DNA from: Felis catus
Taxonomy: Eukaryota
DNA length: 64,000 bases
Assembly: GCF_018350175.1 (NCBI RefSeq)
Contig: NC_058383.1
Coordinates: 27,902,001 to 27,966,000 of the forward strand
Direction: 5' to 3'
A program made the position numbers and the translations under genes. The notes under the pieces were generated by a model that ran no database searches, was not told where the DNA came from, and worked only from the letters and a program-made list of their open reading frames with translations. Position 1 is the stretch's first letter. Every line of letters starts with the position of its first letter. Below are positions 26,010-36,868 of the stretch, piece by piece.

Positions 26010-26067
26010 TCTTACAGGGAAAACTTTCCATTTTTCATCACTGAGTATGTTAGCTGGGGCTTGTCAC
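26010..26067 (-). mobile_element. 58-bp internal L1 ORF2 (RT-region) fragment between direct repeats
   Basis: Aligns by eye to the reverse complement of about 38755-38820 of the full-length L1; flanked by AGAACCC(C/T)GG at 26000-26009 and 26068-26077. Confidence 0.6.
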
Positions 26068-26428
26068 AGAACCCTGGGATTCCTGGAGGATCCATGGTAG
26101 AGGCCAGCCTCAATAAGGTAATATAGGACTTCTGGCTAACCCAGAAGGTGGAAATTCAAGCAATTTTGATTTAATTTGGGGGAAAAATGTGACAGTACTT
26201 GTTCCTAAGGTGTCTGTGATGTGTTCATTTTTGTCAACAAATAAAAGAGGTGAAAATAAACATTCTCTGAAGATCTCTTTAAACAATTTGCAGAAACACT
26301 ACAGGTCAATAAAATACCAAAGATCTGGCTGATAAAAGTATCAAAAAAAAAAAAAAAAAACCTCATGAAGCACCAAGATGACCCACTAAAAACATTCCAG
26401 GTGCAATCTGTGATCAAAATCCTACTTA

Positions 26429-26650
26429 GGGGCGCCTGGGTGGCTCAGGTGGTTAAGCGTCTGACTCTGGATCTCGACTCAGGTCATGATCTCACGGTTC
26501 GTGAGTTCAAGCCCCACGTCGGGCTCTGTGCTGGTGGTGCAGAGCCTGCTTGGGATTCTGTCTCTCCTTCTCTCTGCCCCTCCCCTGCTTATGCTCGCTC
26601 TCTCTCTCTCTCTCTCTCTCTCAATAAATAAACTCAAAAACAATTTTTTG
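26429..26650 (+). mobile_element. Can-SINE
   Basis: GGGGCGCCTGGGTGGCTCAG head; TSD CCTACTTA. Confidence 0.95.
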
Positions 26651-27629
26651 ACCCTACTTAAAAGATTGTTTACTTGAGGTAACTGGAGGACCAGGGCAAG
26701 CCCAAGGACTAAGGGACTTTCAGTGGGTCTTTGGGGGCACATAATTACAATAGCAATTCCCTGAAATTCACATAAGCTTGTGGCCTGTTCTCCACCAATG
26801 TCTATAAATGACCTCAAATGTTTCATGCATGAAATGGGACGAGCAGTCTAAGAGCTGCTCCAAATTAGGTGTTACAAGAACACAGGAGAGCAAGAACCTA
26901 AGCTCAGCCCTGTTGTTGAAGTATGGTGTTACTGAAGACTCAGCACCTGAGCCACATTTTAAAGGAAAGGAGGGATTCTGACGAGGAGGGGCTGTGTGCA
27001 AGTGTAGGACAATGGGAGCATTCCCACCCCAATGAGACTTTACATCAGTGAAGTGGGCTACAAGGCCATGAGGAGGGTCAGAAATAATGTTGGTCAAACA
27101 CCCAAAACAGAGTATGCCATAAAAAAAATAATAATAAGTGAATATTATTTTTAAAACAACCAATTATTGACTCTAACAAAGTTGAGCTAGAATCTGAGAC
27201 TTCCACATTAGGCCAGTTCTTGTAAATGGAGACAAAGTACTCCCCAGGCTCCCACAGATGCAAATCATCTGTGCTGCAAAGAATTTGCTACTGAAGCCCT
27301 CAGGATTTCCATAGATTAAAATCAAACCTCCATGAGCTCACAATCAAAAGCCACCAAACTCACTAGGAAATGAGCAACCATGAGTGAGAATTAGCAGAAA
27401 TAATATACAACATACCTTTACCTCCACTGACTTCAGATACTGGGAACACAGAAACAACAAATGCATAATTGTGTTTAACATACACTTTAAAGAGATGAAA
27501 TACGGAATACAAAAATGGCAAAGTAATCAAAGTTGATCAAAAATGACCAGACGTAGATGAAAAAGAACCAAACAAAAAGTGTAAAAATATACAATGATAG
27601 ACTATGTTGAACTTAAAACCTCAATTCAT

Positions 27630-27842
27630 GGGGCTCCTGGGTGGCTCAGTCAGTTAAGTGTCCTATTCTTGATTTTGGCTGTGTCATGATCTCACAGTTC
27701 GTGGTTTCAAACCGCACATTAGGCTCCACACGGGAGATTCTCTCTCTCCCTCTCTCTGCCCCTCCCCTGCTCATGCATGAACACATACTCTCTCTCTCAA
27801 AATAAATAAGCTTAAAAAAATTAATTAAAATTTTTTAATAAA
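27630..27842 (+). mobile_element. Can-SINE
   Basis: TSD AAAACCTCAATT at 27615-27626 and 27843-27854. Confidence 0.93.
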
Positions 27843-28120
27843 AAAACCTCAATTGAGATTTTTAAAAATAGCAAAAATGGGAATTGAAACTTGAAGATAT
27901 ACCTGAAGAAGTTATCTAGCATGCAGCACAAACAGACAAGGAGATGAAATCTATTAAGCATTAATAGAGGAGCTGGCCTCTATTAAAAAGAGGCTTAATC
28001 TCTACACAAGTTCCTAAAAAGAGGATAGAGCGAGACACAGTAATTAATATACATCTAATGGGAGTCCCAGGAGGAAAGAGTGGAGAGGATAGAGGAGATA
28101 CAGTATTTAAAGTGACAGTG

Positions 28121-28357
28121 GGGGGGCGCCTGGGTGGCGCAGTCGGTTAAGCGTCCGACTTCAGCCAGGTCACGATCTCGCGGTCCGTGGGTTCGAGCCC
28201 CGCGTCGGGCTCTGGGCTGATGGCTCAGAGCCTGGAGCCTGTTTCCGGTTCTGTCTCCCTCTCTCTCTGCCCCTCCCCCGTTCATGCTCTGTCTCTCTCT
28301 GTCCCAAAAATAAATAAAAAACGTTGAAAAAAAAATTAAAAAAAAAATAAAAATAAA
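28121..28357 (+). mobile_element. Young felid Can-SINE (SINEC_Fc-like)
   Basis: GGCGCAGTCGGTTAAGCGTCCGACTTCAGCCAGGTCACGATCTCGCGG; perfect TSD TAAAGTGACAGTG at 28108 and 28358. Confidence 0.97.
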
Positions 28358-28370
28358 TAAAGTGACAGTG

Positions 28371-28568
28371 GGGGCACCTGGGTGGCTCAGTTGTTTGAGG
28401 GTCCAATTGAGCGTCCAATTTCGGATCTTGTGGTTCGTCAGTTCAAGCCCCACATTGGGCTCTCTGCTGTCAATGCAGAGCTCGTTTTAGATCCTCCTCC
28501 CCTCTCTCTCTGCACCTCTCCCACTCTCTCTCTCTCTCTCTCTCTCTCAAAAATAAATATAAAAAAAA
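28371..28568 (+). mobile_element. Older Can-SINE
   Basis: GGGGCACCTGGGTGGCTCAG head; diverged TSD TAAAGTGATAACG at 28569. Confidence 0.92.
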
Positions 28569-28824
28569 TAAAGTGATAACGGATGGGTATTTCTGAGAAA
28601 CGGCAAAACATACAAATCTTCAGATACAACAAGCATGACACTATATAAGCGAGAATAATAAAGAGAAATCCATACTCAGGATTGCAGATATGGAGACTGC
28701 AATGAAACCATAAAATATCAAATACAGAGAGAAGACCTAAAAGCTCTCAGAAAAAAAGATTAAAAAAAAAAAAAAAAAAAGGAAAAAGATTACCTTCCAA
28801 AGAGCAATGGTTAGGTCATCAAGT

Positions 28825-29082
28825 GAGTTTTTTAGCCACAACAATGAAAGCCAGAATACTCTCGAATAAATCTCCAAAGTTTCAAAAGAAAACAACTATC
28901 ATCCTAGGACCATGTGGCAGGCAAACCCATCTTTTAAGAACAAGTGTGAGCCATCGAGTTTTTTTAGCACAGCAATGAAAGCCAGAAGACTCCAGAATAA
29001 GATCTCCAAAGTTTCAGAAGAAAACAACTATCATTCTAGGACTGTGTGCCAAGCAAACCCATCTTTTAAGAACGAGTGTGAG
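28825..29082. repeat. About 130-bp tandem duplication (2 diverged copies)
   Basis: 28825-28950 and 28956-29082 both read GAGTTTTTTAGC...AATGAAAGCCAGAA...CAAACCCATCTTTTAAGAAC(A/G)AGTGTGAG. Confidence 0.92.
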
Positions 29083-29085
29083 ATC

Positions 29086-29260
29086 GGGGCACCTGGGTGA
29101 ATTAGTTGGTTAAGTTTGGCTCTTGATTTTGGCTCAGGTCATGATCTCGTGGTTCACTAGATCGAGCCCCGCAACGGGCTCTGTGCTCACAGTGGGGAGC
29201 CTGCTTGGGATTTCTCTCTCCCTCTCTCTCTGCCCCTCCTCCACTTCCTCTATTTCTCTC
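29086..29260 (+). mobile_element. Can-SINE lacking its A tail
   Basis: GGGGCACCTGGGTG head, body to (CT)n, then no poly(A). Confidence 0.9.
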
Positions 29261-29827
29261 CATGACATTTCCATATAAACAAAAACTGAGAGATTTAATG
29301 ACCAAGTGCTCTTCACCAAAGGAATTCTAAAAGAAACAGAAAACGAAAAATAGTGCCAAAAGAAGATCTTAGGTGCAAGAAGAAATGAAGAGTTAGCAAA
29401 TAAACTCTTAAGCCAGCAGGTAAATATAAAACATTATCTGTATTAAATATTAATGATAAGATTACAATTTGTGAGATTTAAAAAACAGACAAAATTGAAA
29501 CAACGATAACACTGACATTTAAGTTAAGAGGAAGTCACTGGCATTAAAATATTGTGAAGCCCTTCTGTTATTTGGAAGGAGAACTATTTATAATACGATA
29601 CCATTTTTACAAAGTTCAAAAGCAAGCAAAAATAAATATATATAGTGAGTTACACATTTGTGATAAATAGAGCAAAAAAAGAACAATAAACCCAAAAAAG
29701 GACAGTGGATTTCTTTGTAAGAATGGGGTGGGGATCGTACAGTGAGCAATATCCAAGCAGATCCAGCAGTATTGATAACTTCCGTGACTAATAAGATAGG
29801 CAGTCATTTCATGAGTCCTCATTTTAT

Positions 29828-30037
29828 TTTAGTTTTTTTTAATGTTTATTTATTTTTGAGAGAGAGAGACAGAGTGAGCAGGGGAGGGGCAGAGAGAGAG
29901 GGAGACACAGAATCCAAAGCAGGCTCCAGGCTCTGAGCTGTCAGCAACAGAGCCCAATATGGGGCTCGAACCCTCCAACTGAAAGATCATGACCTGAGCC
30001 CAAGTCAGACACTCGACCAACTGAGCCACCCAGGCCC
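29828..30037 (-). mobile_element. Can-SINE
   Basis: TSD CATG(A/G)GTC(C/T)TCATTTTATT on both sides. Confidence 0.95.
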
Positions 30038-31339
30038 TCATGGGTCTTCATTTTATTAACATGCTTTATAATTGACATACCTTATATATATTCTTTGTGT
30101 GTTTCAAATATTGCCTTAAAATACCTTAAAAGAGATTAAATGATGAAGCAATAAGAGGACAGTTTTCCTGAGGACAAGAACAAAAACAAAGTTTTTCTGA
30201 ATCTCCCATCTGTTGTGCACACAGTGGGCCCTCAACAAACATCTGTTTACATTACTTCCACAGAATTTGTTCTCCTTAGTCAATTACAAAAGGATGAGAA
30301 AAAAAAAGTAGAAGGGAATATAAATTACATGATAATAAAGTATATAATATAATATAATAGGCATGATACTGGTAACATTAACAGAAGAATAAATCAGTTT
30401 CTCAGCCACCAATTACACGGTCTCTGTGGCTTTGGGCAGGAAGCTTCCCTGGACTTCAGGTTGTTAAATCATGATGGATGATCCCATAAGGAACCAAACA
30501 AGATCAGTGGAATTCATTCATTTGGCTGGCGCCCTGGGAACTCTTTCATTTCCCCCAGCCCTGACGGCCTCCTCTTATTACTGTAGTAATGGGTCAGTAC
30601 CACTAACAACAAGGTGGGAGAGAGACACAGGACCGCAAAGCTAGCATCCCAGGACCAGCCATGATAGTTAGAGAATAAACATCTCTCACAGGCAGTCCAA
30701 GGTGATGGGGGAAGTAGAGAGGGGACACTTATAGAAATCACATACTGCACCTGCAGCTTGCAGGGGGTGAATTACTTTGCCTCTGCAAGACTCAGTTTTC
30801 TCATTAGGAAAATGGGAATAATAATGTATAATTCAAGGATTATTAGGAAGACCTCTGCTTGGTCCAGCACCTCGTAGGTGTCCCTAAAATATCAGCTGCC
30901 TTTCCTTAGTAAGTTCCCTAACACATCTTCACCTCTGATCCCCAACGTTAAATAAAGAAGCAAGTGCAATCATGAGTGACAGAGAAAAAATGCTATTTTA
31001 AAACTACTACTGACTGCAGCTGCTTCTGCCCCTAAGGGAGAGACATTATTTCTCTCCAGACTAAATATATTTTCTTTAGCAAAATTTTTTGATAGGCAGC
31101 TTTGGTTATGAAAAGTGAGGGTCCCCCCAGGGCACAGTTTAGAAGAAGACCGTGAAAGAAAGAGGTAGCTAAACAGCTCTGCATTATAAATGTGAACAGA
31201 AAGGCTGGGGTTTCACAGCATGCCGAGAAATGGGGTGATGGGTAAAAGCACACTGCAGCGGCAACTCCCATCTCTACCTGACAGCCCACCGTGTCTTCTT
31301 CCTCCGCTGTATTTCCCTCATTAGAAATTATCACTACCT

Positions 31340-31540
31340 GGGGCGCCTGGGTGGCTCAGTCGGTTGAGCGACGAACTTCGGCTCAGGTCATGATCTCATA
31401 CTCCGTGGGTTCGAGCCCTGCGTTGGGCTCTGTGCTGACAGCTCAGAGCCTGAAGCCTGTTTCAGATTCTGTGTCTCCCTCTCTCTGACCCTCCCCTATC
31501 CATGCTCTGTCTCTCTCTGTCTCAAAAATAAATAAACGTT

Positions 31541-31597
<57 letters not shown>

Positions 31598-31625
31598 ATA
31601 TTTTAAAAATATTTTTAAAAAAGAA
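31340..31625 (+). mobile_element. Can-SINE with (TAAA)n tail, inserted in an L2 3' end
   Basis: Perfect 17-bp TSD AGAAATTATCACTACCT at 31323-31339 and 31626-31642. Confidence 0.97.
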
Positions 31626-32619
31626 AGAAATTATCACTACCTTACATCAAGTACACTCCACTTATTTGTTTACTGTCTGTCTCCTCCCTTAAGAATATAA
31701 GCTCCATGAGGGTAGAATGTTTTCTTTTTTAGGCACTTCTGCTTCCCCAAATCCCACAAGAGTGCCTAGGAAATATGAGGTATTCAATACATTTTTCTTT
31801 AATAAATGATTAAAGGGCAATACTGAGGAAATGTGAAGCAGAACTACAGCAGCTGATCTCCAGATCAATGGGAATAAATGACTTCTGTTTTAAGTCTCAG
31901 TTTAGGGGCAGTTTGTTACATAGCATTACTGTAGCAACAACTGACTGATACAGTTAACAATACTGGCTTGGTTCAGATATGATAAAAGATCACATCAAGT
32001 TATGTGGCTGACTAAGGCTTTGGAGTCAGGCCAGTCTGGATTTCATCCTGTCCCACCACCTCTGGGCTTTTGTTTCCTCCTCTATAAGGAGTAAATCCTT
32101 CATAAGAGGCAATCAAATGATACCTTCCTCACAGGTAAGTATGAGGACTGAATTGTCACCTTTGCCCATCATCATTCAATAAAGAGTAGCCATTATTATC
32201 TACTCAAACAATTCTGATGCTTGATGGGTTCACTTAATCTCCATGTAAAGTCAGTCCTGCTTTAAAAAAAATGAACTTAAGATTTTGATCCTTTATAATA
32301 TTTGAAATTAAAGATATGGAATTTATGTAATATTTTTTCCAATAAATTTGCAACATAAATTCTAATACTCAAAGTTTATGAATCCAAATGATTATTCTCA
32401 TTCATTGAAAACTAGTTGCTTCCTTTCTCTTTCATTATTTTGAAAGTAATAAGACCATATTTCATGAAGAACGGTGAAAATCTGTAGATATTTTAACCCT
32501 TTATTCACATTCTAAAATCTATGCTAAGAAAATTATCACAGATATTTTTAAAGACTTTATGAATGCAGATCTTTGAAATCTAATGAAGATCTTTGAAGAT
32601 CTAATGAAATATAATTGAT

Positions 32620-34850
32620 TGGTCTTCTACTTCCAATGCAGAAATGCAAAATCACCATAGAATGTCATTTTCACCTAAATAACAACAACAAAAAAAAAGC
32701 CAGATAAGCTACAAAATCAGATTTTTTTAACCTTTCAGCGAGCTAAAGACACAGATAAACCCAAATGAACTAAATTCCAGAAAGCAAGTATCATTTGGGA
32801 GGAGATAAGAAATTCACCACTGATCTTATCCTAGGCAGAACTACAGGATGAAGAACAATGATAGATGGGATAAGGAGAAAACAGCTGAACGTCCAGCAAA
32901 CTAGTAATGGCCCTGTGTAGGCTGGCATGAAAGATTAGAATCCCAAGGAACTCTGGTCACAGAGCAGGTCTTACCCATCTTTGAACACTTTCTCACAGGT
33001 CTTCACTAGCACGTGGGTACAGTACACTGAAATAGGGGTGAAAGCAGTGAGACAGTTCCTCCTGAAACATGTAAAGCTTCCACAAGGTGAAAAGCAGCTG
33101 TTTTTTTTCTGAAATGAAGGGAAAGAGTTAGGCAGGGCAAAGGAGCTGAGATCCACCAGAAGCATTCTGGACAGGCAGTGCTACAGAGATGCTCTGAAGC
33201 ACTCCAGGCTTGCATCTAGCAAAGTCTGGGGATAGGGGCGGAGAACTAAAAGAACACCTCTTCAAGGCATTCTGGACTCCACAAGGGGTAACAATGTCCC
33301 CTTCAGCCTACCCCTGAAGTCGGCCACTCAACTGGGCAGAGCACCAGGGCTAAAACGGATCCTACAAGGTTCAGAAAGCAGGGGGAGTGACCGTGGAGAA
33401 CAAGGAGAGCATTCCAATGATCCCAAAGGCAAGCATCTAAACTTTAAAGCACAAGAAGTTCCTTAGAGTTCCAGAAGCTAATGGCTCAGCTTTGAATTTC
33501 AGGCAGTTTTCTGGAATTAACCAGTGTTCAGATCCCAGGACCCATTAGGGAAGAAGTTCTGATTCCACCATCAAAACATTTTAAACCAGTGGTAAACTGA
33601 AAAACACCTAAGCTGCAACAAAGTCCAGGCTGATCTCGACCACAGGCCAGATGGACTTAGCTCCCACTCTAATGGCCTGATATAAGAAAAGGCATGGTCT
33701 TTTTTGGAAGTTAAGTATTTTTTACTTTAGTCTCTACTGATCTTTTATACAGAATGTCTAGCATATAATCAAATAAAAAAGGATATTAATAACTTTAAAA
33801 AGAAAGAATGTGGCCCAGTTTACGAGAGCAAATAATCAATGGAAACAGATCCAGCAATGATCCAGATGTTGAAATTATTAGATAGGGAGTTTACAATCAC
33901 TATGATAAAAATGCTTTTTAAACTTTAATGCAAACAGTAGACAACACGTATAAAGAGGAAATTTCAGCAGAGATGTGTTCAGCAGGAAATGTTAGGTGGA
34001 AATCAAATGGAATAATTAGAAATGAAAAATACAGTATAAGAAATGAATTAATTTGTTAAATGAACAAAGTAGGGGATAAAACAGAGGAAAATATCAGTTA
34101 ACTGAAGGGAAGATCAACAGTATCCAAACTAAATCACAAAGAGAAAAGTTAATGAAAAAATCAGACGAGAATATTCAAAATCCGTGGAACAATATTAATG
34201 GGTCTAACTTGGTATCAAGTGGTGTGAAAATGTCCCAGAGAAGGGGACAGATGATATATCTGACATGATAATAAACAGCTTAAAGCATTTCAAAATGGAT
34301 GAAATGCATAAAACTATAAACCTAAAAGGCTCAGTGAAATTCCACATAAGATAAATATAAAGAAAAGTAAACCTAAACTCAATCACAGTCAAAATCAGGA
34401 ACACTAACAATAAAGAGAAAACCTAAAAAGCAAAAAGAGCAAAACGATACATTATATAAAGGAAAGGAAAATAAAGGACGGCTGACTCATTATCACAAGC
34501 TAGAACACAGAAGCCAGAAAACTGTGGTAATGATAGATTTAAAGTAAATGATATCTTTAAAGTACTAAAAGAAAAAAAATGGAAGCAGAGATATTGTATC
34601 TAGCAAAAATATCCCTCAAAACAGATGACATAACAATGTCAAAAGCTGAGATTCGCTGAAAGAAGTTCCTGAGATTGAAGGGAAATTATACCAGATGGAA
34701 CCCCAGATCTGTAAGAAAGAATAAAGAGCATCAGAAAGGGTAAATATTTGCATAAATGGAAAAACCTTTTGTGGACCTTCATTTTTATGTCTATATTTTC
34801 TCAAATTGTTTTTTATAAATATTTACTGTGTGGATCAGAAATAATAATAC
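32620..34850 (+). mobile_element. Ancient L1M, 5' part (5'UTR and decayed ORF1)
   Basis: ORF1-like DNA GATCCAGATGTTGAAATTA, AGAAGCCAGAAAACTGTGG, ATATTGTATCTAGCAAAAATATCC; continues after 41040. Confidence 0.7.
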
Positions 34851-34851
34851 T

Positions 34852-34974
34852 GGGGCACTTGGTTGGTTCAGTAGGTTGAGCGTTCAACTCTTGATTTCGG
34901 CTGAGGTCATGATCCCAGGGTTGTGGGATCAAGCATCACATCAAGCTCTGCACTGAGAGTGGAGCCTGCTTAAG

Positions 34975-35026
<52 letters not shown>
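34852..35026 (+). mobile_element. Can-SINE, 5' half (split by L1)
   Basis: Head GGGGCACTTGGTTGGTTCAG to GGAGCCTGCTTAAGA then (TC)n; remainder at 40931-41040. Confidence 0.9.
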
Positions 35027-35028
<2 letters not shown>

Positions 35029-35923
35029 GGATTCTAGGGAAGATGGCGGCATAGGAGGACGCTGGGCTCACCGCACGTCCTGCTGATCACTTAGATTCCA
35101 CCTACACCTGCCTAAATAACCCAGAAAACCGCCAGAAGACTAGCAGAACGGAGTCTCCGGAGCCAAGCTCAGACAAAAGGCCCATGAGAGAGGGTAGGAA
35201 GGGTGGAGAGGCGGTGCACGCTGCATGGACTGGCCGGAGGGAGCCGGGGCGGAGGGGCAGTCTGCCGGCCAAGCAGAGCCCCCGAGTCTGGCTTGCAAAA
35301 GCGGAGGGGCCGGACGGAGTGTGTTCCGACAGCAAGCGGGACTTGACATCTGGGAGGTCATAAGTTAACAGCTCTGCTCGGAAAGTGGGAAGGCTGGAGG
35401 ACAACGGGAGGGAGAGTTGCTGAGCCCCGGGACGACAGAGCTCAGTTTGGCGGGGAACAAAGGCACTCGCCAGCGCCATCTCCCTCGCCCATCCCCCAGC
35501 CAAAATCCCAAAGGGAACCAGTTCCTGCCAGGAAACTTGCTTGCACCGGGCAAACACCCAACACTGTGCTTCTGCGGATCCATCCCTACGGCGGGTCTGA
35601 CTCCCTCTGGGTGCCGCAGGGCCCCCCCCCAAAGCAGATCTCGGAAGGAAGAGCGAGCTGAGCCTGCCCCTCCCGCCCCTGTGCACCTTGCCAATCCACC
35701 CCAGCTAATACACCAGATCCCCAGCACCACAAGCCTGGCAGTGTGCAAGCAGCCCAGACGGGCCACGCCACCCCACAGTGAATCCCGCCCCTAAAAGAGG
35801 GGAAGAGAAGGCACACACCAGTTGGTGTGCGGGGCTGCAGTCAGACCTCCACCAACTCCAGTTATACACCACAGCATAGGGGAAGTGCCCTGCAGGTCCG
35901 CACCACTCCAGGGACTATCCAAA
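35027..35923 (+). promoter_or_regulatory. L1 5'UTR internal promoter, CpG-rich, with YY1-type site AAGATGGCGG at 35040-35049
   Basis: Position ahead of ORF1; retained CpGs; YY1 motif near the L1 5' end is established for mammalian L1. Confidence 0.8.
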
Positions 35924-36818
35924 ATGACCAAACGGAAGAATTCCCCTCAAAAGAATCTCCAGGAAATAACAACAGCTAATGAACTGATCAAAAAGGATTT
36001 AAATAATACAACAGAAAGTGAATTTAGAATAATAGTCATAAAATTAATTGCTGGGCTTGAAAACAGTATAGAGGACAGCAGAGAATCTATTGCTACAGAG
36101 ATCAAGGGACTAAGGAACAGTCACGAGGAGCTGAAAAACGCTATAAACGAGATGCAAAATAAAATGGAAACGACCACGGCTCGGATTGAAGAGGCAGAGG
36201 AGAGAACAGGCGAACTAGAAGATAAAATTATGGAAAAAGAGGAAGCTGAGAAAAAGAGAGATAAAAAAATCCAGGAGTATGAGGGGGAAAATTAGAGAAC
36301 TAAGTGATGCACTAAAAAGAAATAATATACGCATAATTGGTATCCCAGAGAAGGAAGAGAGAGGGAAAGGTGCTGAAGGTGTACTTGAAGAAATAATAGC
36401 TGAGAACTTCCCTGAACTGGGGAAGGAAAAAGGCATTGAAATCCAAGAGGCACAGAGAACTCCCTTCAGATGTAACTTGAATCGATCTTCTGCACGATAT
36501 ATCATAGTGAAACTGGCAAAATACAAGGATAAAGAGAAAATTCTGAAAGCAGCGAGGGATAAACGACCCCTAACATATAAAGGGAGACCTATAAGTCTCG
36601 TGACTGATCTCTCTTCTGAAACTTGGCAGGCCAGAAAGGATTGGCAGGAGATCTTCAATGTGATGAACAGAAAAAATATGCAGCCGAGAATCCTTTATCC
36701 AGCAAGTCTGTCATTCAGAATAGAAGGAGAGATAAAGGTCTTTCCAAACAAACAAAAACTGAAGGAATTTGTCACCACTAAACCAGCCCTACAAGAGATC
36801 CTAAGGGGGATCCTGTGA
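35924..36818 (+). pseudogene. L1 ORF1p (coiled-coil/RRM/CTD RNA-binding protein), one frameshift near 36285
   Basis: MTKRKNSPQK...IQEYEG then +1 frame KIRELSD...RNNIRIIGIPE...PRILYPA...LQEILRGIL*; 895 nt = 298 codons + 1. Confidence 0.93.
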
Positions 36819-36868
36819 GACAAAGTACCAGAGACATCACTACAAGCATAAAACATACAGACATCACA

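Larger units (their letters stand above)
27330..30125 (+). mobile_element. Ancient HAL1-like (ORF1-only) or ORF2-deleted L1M element, interrupted by five Can-SINEs
   Basis: Decayed ORF1-like DNA (AATGGGAGTCCCAGGAGG, ACAATGAAAGCCAGAA, CAAACCCATCTTTTAAGAA) running into an L1ME/HAL1-type 3' end (TTTTATTAACATGCTTTATAA...TCAAATATT) with no ORF2 seen. Confidence 0.55.

Noticed and set aside
32567..32610. Short ~21-bp tandem duplication AGATCTTTGAA(G)ATCTAATGA; similar small ones at about 60272 and 63271
   Set aside because: Ordinary slippage duplications; not a CRISPR-like or spaced array.
35102..35816. Antisense ORFs (194, 133, 76 aa) in the L1 5'UTR, superficially like primate ORF0
   Set aside because: GC-rich DNA is stop-poor, several frames are open at once, no recognisable domain; nothing here supports translation.
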